From: a virus
DNA: 64,000 nucleotides
Reading direction: 5' to 3' (one strand)
IMG/VR virus record: IMGVR_UViG_3300036820_000005
Coordinates: 47,057-111,056 of that record
Shown in pieces: positions 44,445 through 52,522 of this stretch (its first letter is position 1; the number at the start of each line of letters is the position of its first letter). A model generated the notes under the pieces. It saw only the letters and a list, made by a program, of their open reading frames with translations, searched no databases and was not told where the DNA came from. The translations under genes and the position numbers were made by a program.

Positions 44445-45071
44445 GTGACCGGCGACGACGGGATGGCGCAATGGCAGCTCGCCGAACTGGCGGGCAAGGT
44501 CGGCGCGCTGCTCGGGATGCCTCTGGACCTTACTTGGAAAGGATGCGGGGTGCGGATCGGGATAGAGGGCAACGGGCTCTACGTGCAGGAGCCGTACAAC
44601 CGCCGCGGGCGCATCTCGATCACCGGCTGGTTTCCCGTCACGTCGCACGGCTTCGACAAGGGTGAGAGGGCGGCCATCACCGTCCGCGCCGACCGCGGGC
44701 CCCGTGCCATCGCGGCCGAGATCAACTCGCGGCTGATGCCCGGCTACCGGGCAGCGATGGTCAAGGTCCGCGAGTGCGACGCGGCCGAGCGGGCTGCGCG
44801 GCAGGCGCGGGCGACGCTGACCGCGTACATCACCGGCTTGTTCCCGGCCGGCCGCGCCGTGATGCCTGCCCACTGCCAGAGCGACAACCGCAACGAGATC
44901 ATCCTGTACCTGCCCGGCCACGCAGGCGGGTCGGTCAGGTTCCACGGAGACGGCCGGGAGGTCGAGTTCGACCGGTTCCGTGTCCCCGCAGCGGTGGCGC
45001 TGCGGATGCTCGAAATCTCAGCGCTCCTAGTGAGCGCCGACCAGCAAGAGGAGGCATCGTGCCGAAGCTAG
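44445..45071 (+). CDS. Hypothetical protein
   Basis: TAGCCGTG junction; ITV-x-x-DR-x-P-x-x-IA-x-EI-x-x-RL-x-P. Confidence 0.7.
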   Translation: MTGDDGMAQWQLAELAGKVGALLGMPLDLTWKGCGVRIGIEGNGLYVQEPYNRRGRISITGWFPVTSHGFDKGERAAITVRADRGPRAIAAEINSRLMPGYRAAMVKVRECDAAERAARQARATLTAYITGLFPAGRAVMPAHCQSDNRNEIILYLPGHAGGSVRFHGDGREVEFDRFRVPAAVALRMLEISALLVSADQQEEASCRS

Positions 45072-45403
45072 GGATCGCAGCAGCAACGTACGCCTGGGTG
45101 ATCGACAAGGACCACCTGGCCGAAGAGGGCGCGGAGCCCGGCAGCCTGGCCGGTAATGCGGCCACTGTCATCGGGCCGGGTGCTGCTCCCGACGAGCTGC
45201 TGGCCAAGCTGGCGGCCGGTGAGGGTCGTGGGTTCTGCCTGTTCGACGACGACGGCGAGTTGTACTACGAGGGCCGGATCGTCAGCAGCGAAGGCGAGGG
45301 GTCGGAGGACGATTTCGGGCCGCTCGACGACTTCGGCATGCCGAACGCCGGGTGCACGTCCATCGAGTATCAGAACGCCGAGGGGAAGTGGAAGACGCTC
45401 TGA
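45059..45403 (+). CDS. Conserved acidic phage protein
   Basis: DDDGELYYEG...F-x-PLDDFG-x-PNAGCT; GAGGAGG RBS. Confidence 0.75.
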   Translation: MPKLGIAAATYAWVIDKDHLAEEGAEPGSLAGNAATVIGPGAAPDELLAKLAAGEGRGFCLFDDDGELYYEGRIVSSEGEGSEDDFGPLDDFGMPNAGCTSIEYQNAEGKWKTL

Positions 45404-45421
45404 CCTGATCGAAGGCTGAGG

Positions 45422-45453
45422 GGCCCCGCGCGGCTATGAGCCTGCGCGGGGCC
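45422..45453. terminator. Hairpin between convergent genes
   Basis: GGCCCCGCGC...GCGCGGGGCC. Confidence 0.6.
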
Positions 45454-45796
45454 TTCCCGTGCGGAGACCTCCGCTGAAAGGCAGCTGCCGGGCCCGTGCG
45501 GCCCGCTCACGGCCGGTCTGCGCCCAGCCGGGGATAGCGGCCTCGGCCGCTCCTGCGAGACGGCAGAATACGGCCATGTTCGCGGCCTGGGGCGCGTCCG
45601 GCCGGCCTTCGGCGGCGCCGAGCGCGACACCCGCGACCTCGGCTAGCAGGTCGGCACGGCCACCCGCGATCTCCCGCAGTTCGGCCACCGCGGCGTCGAT
45701 AACGGCGTCGCCGGGCGGTTCCCATCCGGCGTGGCGGCACGCTGCCCCGGACAGCTCGGCGACGATGAGCCGGTCCGTCTTCGCGCGCTCGCCCAT
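45434..45796 (-). CDS. Reverse-oriented hypothetical protein
   Basis: MGERAKTDRLIVAEL...; CAGACT 7 nt upstream (leaderless). Confidence 0.6.
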   Translation of the reverse strand: MGERAKTDRLIVAELSGAACRHAGWEPPGDAVIDAAVAELREIAGGRADLLAEVAGVALGAAEGRPDAPQAANMAVFCRLAGAAEAAIPGWAQTGRERAARARQLPFSGGLRTGRPRAGS

Positions 45797-45957
45797 GCGT
45801 TCCAGTCTGCACCGGGACCTGCGAACGGGGGAAGAGGCAGAGGCCGCGCGGCTGTGAGCCCGTAGCTCTGGCCGCGCGGCCTCGCTAGCCGGCCGCCCGC
45901 CTGGCCTTACACGCGCATCGGCTGGCAGGCAGCAGCTTCGCGCCACCCAGGCTAGCA

Positions 45958-45985
45958 CTGCCACTGCCAGGGGGATTCTGTGCGC
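45958..45985 (+). promoter_or_regulatory. Putative late promoter CTGCCAC-N9-GATTCT, leaderless
   Basis: GTG 6 nt after the hexamer; heads the tail operon. Confidence 0.7.
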
Positions 45986-46456
45986 GTGGCAGAGGTGACG
46001 ATCACGTTCGACGAGGCCGTGATAGCGGGCCTCGCCAAGAACACTGACGTCGCCGCCGTGATGGACATGCTGGCCGGCCGGGTCCTGTCCGCGCAGAAAG
46101 CCCGCTGCCCGGTGTCGCCGGTCCAGCCGGTCTACGCCTCCGGCGGGGCGACCGTGGCAGGCGGCACCCGGTACGCAGGCGACTTCCCGCTCAGGCCGTC
46201 AGGGTACCTGCGGTCATCGTGCCGGGCGCTGCGGGAACCGGACGGGTCAGTCATCATCGGCCCGACCGCCCCCTACGGCATCTGGGTCAACAACGGCACG
46301 CCGCCCCACGTCATCGAGTCACACGGCCCCTGGCCGCTGCGGAACCGGGCCACAGGCCAGGTGTTCGGCCCGATCGTCCACCACCCCGGCACCCGCCCGC
46401 AGCCGTTCATCACCGACAGCCTGTCGGCCATCGCCGGCGCGATCGTGGAGGCGTGA
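45986..46456 (+). CDS. HK97 gp10-like neck/tail protein
   Basis: PV...SG-x-LR-x-S...Y-x-x-x-V-x-x-GT-x-PH-x-I...V-x-HPGT-x-PQPF. Confidence 0.85.
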   Translation: MAEVTITFDEAVIAGLAKNTDVAAVMDMLAGRVLSAQKARCPVSPVQPVYASGGATVAGGTRYAGDFPLRPSGYLRSSCRALREPDGSVIIGPTAPYGIWVNNGTPPHVIESHGPWPLRNRATGQVFGPIVHHPGTRPQPFITDSLSAIAGAIVEA

Positions 46457-46457
46457 C

Positions 46458-46904
46458 GTGGCCGTCTCCGCTGAGCTTGCCATCGCCGCCTGGGTGAACA
46501 GCCGCGCCGACCTGATCGGGACACCGCCCGACGAACCGGGCCCGCTCGGCATGGGCGCGTACCTGCGTCAGCAGCGCTCCCCGGCCTCCGGCGCGTACGC
46601 GGTGATCGACCGGCAAGGCGGACCCGTCGGCGCGCTGATCGCCGAAGACAACCCGTTCGACGTCGCCCACATCATCGCGGAGATCCGCGCGGGAACCATC
46701 GAAGCCGCCGAAGCCGCCGCCGCCGCCTACGCGACCGCTGTCCGCGGGATGAACGGCAACCCGCAGCCGTGCGGCGACACGAAGGTGATCGTCCGCTCCG
46801 CGGACAACGTGACCGGCCCGCAATACGTCCAGCAGGCCCAGGACTCCGGCGAGCAGTGGGAGTTCACCGTGGCTGCGGATTTCCTGCTCCAAGGAGGCAT
46901 CTGA
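46458..46904 (+). CDS. Tail terminator/completion protein
   Basis: Size and position before the tail tube. Confidence 0.6.
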   Translation: MAVSAELAIAAWVNSRADLIGTPPDEPGPLGMGAYLRQQRSPASGAYAVIDRQGGPVGALIAEDNPFDVAHIIAEIRAGTIEAAEAAAAAYATAVRGMNGNPQPCGDTKVIVRSADNVTGPQYVQQAQDSGEQWEFTVAADFLLQGGI

Positions 46905-47236
46905 TGGCCCAGCTCGACACCCAGTTCGTCAACCGGGAGACCCCCCTGTCGGGCAAGACGTTCGCCGAGTGCACGTCGACCGGCGACCAGTTCTCAGCCG
47001 GCGACGACGTGTACCTCGAAGTGAAGAACACAAGCGGGTCCGCGGCGACCTGCACCGTCGCGACGCCGGGCAGCGTCGACGGGATCGACCTGGACGACTA
47101 CGAGTTCACCGTCCCCGCGACCACCGGCGACGTCGAGGTCGGCCCGTTCGAGTCGGACCTGTTCGGCGCCCAGGCCGTGATCACCTACTCCGCGGTCAGC
47201 GACCTGACGATCGCGGTCAAGCAGTACGGGAGCTGA
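46904..47236 (+). CDS. Small virion structural protein
   Basis: GD-x-F...L-x-VKN...GPF-x-x-x-x-F; GGAGG RBS. Confidence 0.7.
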   Translation: MAQLDTQFVNRETPLSGKTFAECTSTGDQFSAGDDVYLEVKNTSGSAATCTVATPGSVDGIDLDDYEFTVPATTGDVEVGPFESDLFGAQAVITYSAVSDLTIAVKQYGS

Positions 47237-47240
47237 CCAA

Positions 47241-47801
47241 GTGACCGACCGTGGCAACCCTGAGGCGATATCGCTCGGGCCGGGCTACCTGTGGTGGAGC
47301 CTGCTCGGCACGACCGAGCCGGTCGACCTGGTGACCCCGTGGTTCGAGGTCGACAACAGCTGGGTGAAGATCGGCTACACCAAGCAGGGCAGCGAGTTTG
47401 ACTACCAGCTGTCAACCGGGGCGGTCGAGGTCGCCGAAGAACTGGACGCGATCAAGATGGCCCCCACCGGCCGGACGTCTAGCGTCACGTTCGAGATGGC
47501 CCAGCTCACCGCGACGAACCTGTCGATCGCGATGAACGGCGGGACGATCGCCGACGAGAACGGCCTGGTCGTCTTCGAGCCGCCCGACCTCGGCGAGGAG
47601 CAGCGGGCGATGCTCGGCTTCGAAGCCGAGGACCACACCGAGCGGTGGGTATGGCGGCAGGCGATCATGGACGGCGCGCTGAAGATCGCCCGCCAGAAGG
47701 GCAACACCAACGCCACGATGGCCTGCCAGTTCAGCCTGGAGCGGCCCCAGAGCGGCGCGAAGCTGTTCAAGGCGCTGTTCGCCTCGCCGCTGCGCGCTTG
47801 A
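47241..47801 (+). CDS. Major tail tube protein
   Basis: LGPG-x-L...EP...W-x-x-IGYT-x-x-G...V-x-EEL; precedes TAC and TMP. Confidence 0.8.
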   Translation: MTDRGNPEAISLGPGYLWWSLLGTTEPVDLVTPWFEVDNSWVKIGYTKQGSEFDYQLSTGAVEVAEELDAIKMAPTGRTSSVTFEMAQLTATNLSIAMNGGTIADENGLVVFEPPDLGEEQRAMLGFEAEDHTERWVWRQAIMDGALKIARQKGNTNATMACQFSLERPQSGAKLFKALFASPLRA

Positions 47802-47857
47802 CCGGCTAGTCTCTACGTACAGCAGAACAATGCTCTACGTAGCAGAGAGGTGCGGGC

Positions 47858-48376
47858 ATGCCCACAGTGGAGTTCAGCTCGGACGTGCCAGGGTCGGAGA
47901 ACCCGCTCAAGGATGTCGTGGTTCCGCTCGACGGGGTGGAGTTCCGGTGCGAGGGCCAGCTGTCGATCCTGGACCTGTCCGAGCTCGCGGCGAAGGCGAT
48001 CGACGACGCGACCGCCGACGCCGCGGAGGCCGCGTCGTACTACCAGACACTCCTGCAGTCGTTCGGCCCGGCCGAGTACGCCAGGTTCAAGCGGCATGTC
48101 CACGACCACAAGACGCCCGACGAGGTCGTCGTCAAGATCATCCAGTACCTCAACGAGCAGGTGCAGGCCAACATCGAGCGGATGACGGCCCGCCCTACCG
48201 AGCCGTCCTCAAGCTCCTCTGGTGGGCGGGAGGGCCCGGCCGAGCAGCCTGTGCGCTCTATTTCAGCCGACCGGCGCAGTGTCAAGGTGGTGGAAGAGGG
48301 CGGGGATGTTGCGGCGGCCAGGGCTGCCCGCCAGCCGAAGACGCGGGCGCGTGGCACCGGCCGCCGTACGGGCTGA
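47858..48376 (+). CDS. Tail assembly chaperone (G-like)
   Basis: Position; RPT-x-PSS tail. Confidence 0.75.
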   Translation: MPTVEFSSDVPGSENPLKDVVVPLDGVEFRCEGQLSILDLSELAAKAIDDATADAAEAASYYQTLLQSFGPAEYARFKRHVHDHKTPDEVVVKIIQYLNEQVQANIERMTARPTEPSSSSSGGREGPAEQPVRSISADRRSVKVVEEGGDVAAARAARQPKTRARGTGRRTG

Positions 48377-48612
48377 CATGGCCCCAGTTCTTCGACGTCG
48401 CCGAAAGCCTGTACGTCGCCCAGTGTGAGAGGGACCAGCACCTGCACCTGCTCGCGCTGATCGCCACGGGGCTCGGCGCGAAAGGGCTCTCCGGCCTGGA
48501 CACGCCCGCCCAGCAGGTCGCTGAATGGCTCGCCCCTCCCGCCAACCCGGTGGAGGACCGGCGGGCCCGGATCGCCCGGATCGCCCTGCTCGGAGGCGGG
48601 GAGGTGGGCTGA
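48190..48612 (+). CDS. Tail assembly chaperone T part (-1 frame; 5' limit uncertain)
   Basis: Open -1 frame with no usable start of its own, ending just before the TMP. Confidence 0.5.
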   Translation, partial: PPYRAVLKLLWWAGGPGRAACALYFSRPAQCQGGGRGRGCCGGQGCPPAEDAGAWHRPPYGLTWPQFFDVAESLYVAQCERDQHLHLLALIATGLGAKGLSGLDTPAQQVAEWLAPPANPVEDRRARIARIALLGGGEVG

Positions 48613-48615
48613 CCG

Positions 48616-51600
48616 ATGGCGACATTCGGCGCCGCCATGGCGCAGGCCTTCGTCAGGCTCCGCGTTGACAGCTCTGCCGTCGCAGCGGACACCTCGAAGG
48701 GCATAGAGGAAGGCGCCGGCTCGGCCGATGTCGAGCAGGCCGGGACGTCAGCCGGGACGAAAGCCGCGTCCGCGTTCAGCAAGGCGTTCAAAGTCGGGGT
48801 CCTCGGCGCGATCGCGATAGTCGCCGCGTCGGTCGCTACGGCGGTCGACTTCCAGACCCAGATGACGAAGATCCAGACGCAGGCCGGCGCGTCCGCGTCC
48901 CAGGTGAAGCAGCTATCCCAGCAGGTGCTCCAGCTGGCCCCCTCGACCCAGCAGGGGCCGCTGCAGCTCGCCGAGGCCCTGTACCACCTGAAGTCCGTCG
49001 GCATGGACGACGCGACCGCCATGAAGGACCTGAAGACCGCCTCGGACCTCGCCGCGACCGGCGGGTCGAACCTGGAGCAGACCACCAACGCGCTGGCCGC
49101 GGCGTGGCGGTCCGGGATCAAGGGCGCCCAGAACTTCGGCACGGCCGCCGCCACGGTGAACGCGATCGTCGGCGCCGGCAACATGACCATGTCGCAGCTC
49201 GTCGGCGCCCTGTCGACCGGGATCCTGTCCGCGGCGAACACGTTCGGCGTGTCCATGGTCCAGGTCGGCGGTGCCCTGGCGCTGATGACCGACGAAGGCG
49301 TGCCCGCCCAGCTCGCCGCGACCCGGCTGCGGATGTCCCTGTCGCTGCTCGGCGCGCCGTCCGTCACGGCGTCGAAGCAGCTCGCCTCGATCGGCCTGTC
49401 GTCCACGTCCCTCGCCCAGGCGCTGCGGTCCGGCGGGCTGATCGGCGCGATCGGCCTGCTGAAGCAGCACATCCAGGACGCAGGCCTGTCCGCCGTGCAG
49501 ACCTCCCAGCTGCTGTCCAGGGCGTTCGGCGGCGGCGAGTCGTCCAGCGCGATCCTGACGATGGTCAACAACTTCGCCACGCTGAAGCGGAAGCAGGACC
49601 AGATCAACGCCGGGATCTCCCGGTACGGCGCCGACGTCCAGGCGCAGCGGCAGACCGTGCAAGCCCAGCTCGACCTGCTCAAGTCGTCGTTCGAGACGCT
49701 GGGCATCCGGATCGGCGCGGCTCTGCTGCCGCCGGTGACCAGGTTCGTGACATTCCTGGCCGGCACGGTCGTGCCGAAGGTCGCCGGGTTCGTCCAGCAG
49801 GTCCTGCAGCTCCTCGGCCTCGCCCCGAAAGCCGCCCCGCCGGGGATCAACCGGTCGGCGGGTACGCCTGCCGTGACGCCGATGCTGTCGTCCGTCGCCG
49901 CGACCACCATCGCGATGAAAGGCGGCCTGACCGGGCAGACCGGCACCGCGGCGCAGCTCAACCCGGCGTCGTACACGCAGCCCGCAGCCGCCCAGGCGAA
50001 GCAGCAGGCAGCCCGGACCGGCACGCAGATCGTCAACTCCATCGTGGACGCCCTGGTCCGCGGGGCCGGGAAAATCGGCCAGGCGCTCATCACCATGCTC
50101 GGGAAGATCGACTGGGGCTCCCTCGGCAACATGGCGGTCCATGCGGCGATTCCGTTCATCGTCGAGTTCGTGAACAACTTCATCAACGCGGTCGTGGATG
50201 AAGCCATCCACCATCCTCTCGACCTGCTGATGTTCATCACGGCACTGATCCCCCTGGGCAAGGTGGCGGACATCACGGAGAAGCTGTTCGGCGAGATCCC
50301 GATCCTGGGTCCGCTGGTCAAGGCGATAACCAAGCCGCTGGTCAAGGTCGGCGAGCTGGTCGAGAAGCCGCTGTTCGGGCTGCTGAAGAAGATCTTCGGG
50401 CCACTCGGCGACATCATCGTCACCTCGGCTAAGGACGGCCTGGAGACCGCGTGGACCTGGCTGTTCGTCAAGGGCGACGACCTGATCGGCGGCCTGCTGG
50501 ACGGGGCGAGGGAAAAGCTCGGCGGGGTGCTGTCGTGGTTCGGGCGGATCGGCTCCCGGGTCATCAGCGCGGTCGGGGATCTCGCCGAGAAGCTGCTGAA
50601 ACCCGGCATTGACCTGATCAAGGGCCTCCTGGACGGGGCGAAGGGCAAGTGGGGCGACGCGGCCGCGCTGTTCAAGGGGATCCCGGGGAAGATCCTCGAG
50701 TTCTTCACCGGGTCGTCGAAGCTGCTGGACAAAGCCGGAACCGACCTGATCAAGGGGCTCCTCGACGGAGCGGAGGCGCGCGAGCCGGGGGTGATGTCGT
50801 GGCTGCGGTCGATCCCGTCGAAGATCATCAGCATTTTCGCTGATGCCGGGTCGTGGCTGCTAGACGCAGGCAAGAAGCTCATCGGCGGGCTGATCAGCGG
50901 GATCACCTCGAAACTCGGCGGGATCGGCCACGCCATGGGCTCCATAGGGTCGCTGATCAAGAGCTTCCTGCCGTTCTCCCCGGCCAAGCAGGGCCCCCTG
51001 TCCGGCAAGGGCGACCCGTACTACTCGGGCCTGTCGATCGGCAAGAAACTCGCCGCCGGTATCACCGCGACGCTGCCCGTCCTGAAGAACGCAGTGTCCG
51101 GAACGCTCGCCCAGATCAACTCGGCGCTGTCCCAGGCCGCCACCGAGCAGAAGTCCGGCACGTCCCAGCTGGGCAAGCTCACCTCCCACTACAACAGCCT
51201 CGAAGCCGCCCGCAAGAAGGAAGAGGCCTCGATCGAGAAGCTCGTCCAGGAGCGGTCAGCCGAATACAAGAAGGAAGGCGCGGCATCCGATGCGCTGCGC
51301 GCGCAGCAGGAGCTGGAGATCAAGAGCCTGGAGAAGCTCCGCTCCACCCAGGAAACCCAGGTCAAGCAGACCGAGGCCGTGATCAAGACCCTCCGCGCGT
51401 CGCTGACCAAGCTGAAGGACGAGGTCGACAAGCTGAAGGAGGCAGCTAAAAAAGCCGCCGCCTCATCGGGCAGCTCGTCATCGGACGACGGCTCGTCGGA
51501 CGATCAGCCCCCGGACTGGGCGAACTTCAACCAGTGGCTCGCGGAAACCGGCCCCGCCGGCCCCGGCGGGCCAGCGGCCGGCGGGTCATGGCAGGGGAAC

Positions 51601-51846
51601 CCGGGCCCGCTCGGCGGGTTCGGTCTCGCGTTCGACCAGGACGGCAGGCCGCGCCCGTCCGGCAGGTTCGACGGCCCCCCGCCGGGCTTCGGCCGGCAGG
51701 GCGGCGACCCGCTGATGGCGATGCTGATCGACCGGATGGACCAGGTGGTCAGCACGCTGAGGACGCAGCCGGGGAAGAACGCCGCTGCCACGGCTAGCGC
51801 GATGAACGGTGTGGCCGGGACAGCGATCGTGAGGGGGAACTGGTGA
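48616..51846 (+). CDS. Tape measure protein (TP901-like)
   Basis: AFVRLR-x-D start; TP901 core; amphipathic repeats; LPFSPAK-x-GPLSG. Confidence 0.93.
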   Translation: MATFGAAMAQAFVRLRVDSSAVAADTSKGIEEGAGSADVEQAGTSAGTKAASAFSKAFKVGVLGAIAIVAASVATAVDFQTQMTKIQTQAGASASQVKQLSQQVLQLAPSTQQGPLQLAEALYHLKSVGMDDATAMKDLKTASDLAATGGSNLEQTTNALAAAWRSGIKGAQNFGTAAATVNAIVGAGNMTMSQLVGALSTGILSAANTFGVSMVQVGGALALMTDEGVPAQLAATRLRMSLSLLGAPSVTASKQLASIGLSSTSLAQALRSGGLIGAIGLLKQHIQDAGLSAVQTSQLLSRAFGGGESSSAILTMVNNFATLKRKQDQINAGISRYGADVQAQRQTVQAQLDLLKSSFETLGIRIGAALLPPVTRFVTFLAGTVVPKVAGFVQQVLQLLGLAPKAAPPGINRSAGTPAVTPMLSSVAATTIAMKGGLTGQTGTAAQLNPASYTQPAAAQAKQQAARTGTQIVNSIVDALVRGAGKIGQALITMLGKIDWGSLGNMAVHAAIPFIVEFVNNFINAVVDEAIHHPLDLLMFITALIPLGKVADITEKLFGEIPILGPLVKAITKPLVKVGELVEKPLFGLLKKIFGPLGDIIVTSAKDGLETAWTWLFVKGDDLIGGLLDGAREKLGGVLSWFGRIGSRVISAVGDLAEKLLKPGIDLIKGLLDGAKGKWGDAAALFKGIPGKILEFFTGSSKLLDKAGTDLIKGLLDGAEAREPGVMSWLRSIPSKIISIFADAGSWLLDAGKKLIGGLISGITSKLGGIGHAMGSIGSLIKSFLPFSPAKQGPLSGKGDPYYSGLSIGKKLAAGITATLPVLKNAVSGTLAQINSALSQAATEQKSGTSQLGKLTSHYNSLEAARKKEEASIEKLVQERSAEYKKEGAASDALRAQQELEIKSLEKLRSTQETQVKQTEAVIKTLRASLTKLKDEVDKLKEAAKKAAASSGSSSSDDGSSDDQPPDWANFNQWLAETGPAGPGGPAAGGSWQGNPGPLGGFGLAFDQDGRPRPSGRFDGPPPGFGRQGGDPLMAMLIDRMDQVVSTLRTQPGKNAAATASAMNGVAGTAIVRGNW

Positions 51847-52199
51847 CCCGTAACGGGACAGGCAGCCGCTGGCTGGCCCTCGCCGCGATCATCGCCGTCC
51901 TCTGCGTGGCGCATCAGTGGTGGCCGCAGATCCGCAACGAGTTTTTCGTGGTCCTCGGCTCCAGGGATGAGGCCGGCGGCTGGTACGGGTTCAACTCCGG
52001 CGCCGCCGGGGCGTTCTTCATGAACGCGATTCCTTTCGGGCTGGGGCTGTGGTGGCATCACACCTGCCACGTGGACGCCTGCTTCCTGCCCGGCCGTCAC
52101 GTGGTCGACGGCACCCGCTGGTGCAACCGGCACCACATCGACGCGCGCAGGCGGCTGGCCGCCACGGGCAGCGCACACGACCTCCTGCTGGCCGCGTGA
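51843..52199 (+). CDS. Membrane protein with C-terminal Cys/His cluster
   Basis: TM segments; WHHTCHV-x-x-C...H...WC-x-x-HH. Confidence 0.65.
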   Translation: MTRNGTGSRWLALAAIIAVLCVAHQWWPQIRNEFFVVLGSRDEAGGWYGFNSGAAGAFFMNAIPFGLGLWWHHTCHVDACFLPGRHVVDGTRWCNRHHIDARRRLAATGSAHDLLLAA

Positions 52200-52522
52200 A
52201 CCGCCGGGCCTGCACCCTGTTCGCGGCCACCGCGGCGGTCATCGGAGCGGGCGGGGAACTGCTCGCCGCGACCTGGCACCTCGGGTACTGGCATGGCCTG
52301 TACTGCTCGCTCGGCACCGCGGCCACGGCCGGCTGTGACACGGCGCCGCGGGCGCCTGCCGGGTGGGCCGCTGCGTGCGCCGTGATCCTGATCGCGATCC
52401 CGCTGCTCGCCACGGCGTTCGGCCAGCTCCACCTCGACAAGATCCGGGCCCACGTGGACACGCGGTTCGCCGAGAACCGCAAGGACACCAGCGACCAGGC
52501 CGGGGGCGGCGATGGCGGATAG
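52196..52522 (+). CDS. Two-TM K+-channel-like pore protein with degenerate filter
   Basis: TM1 - YWHGLYCSLGTAATAGCD - P-x-x-PAG - TM2 ILIAIPL; aligns by eye with KcsA/Ion_trans_2. Confidence 0.65.
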   Translation: MNRRACTLFAATAAVIGAGGELLAATWHLGYWHGLYCSLGTAATAGCDTAPRAPAGWAAACAVILIAIPLLATAFGQLHLDKIRAHVDTRFAENRKDTSDQAGGGDGG

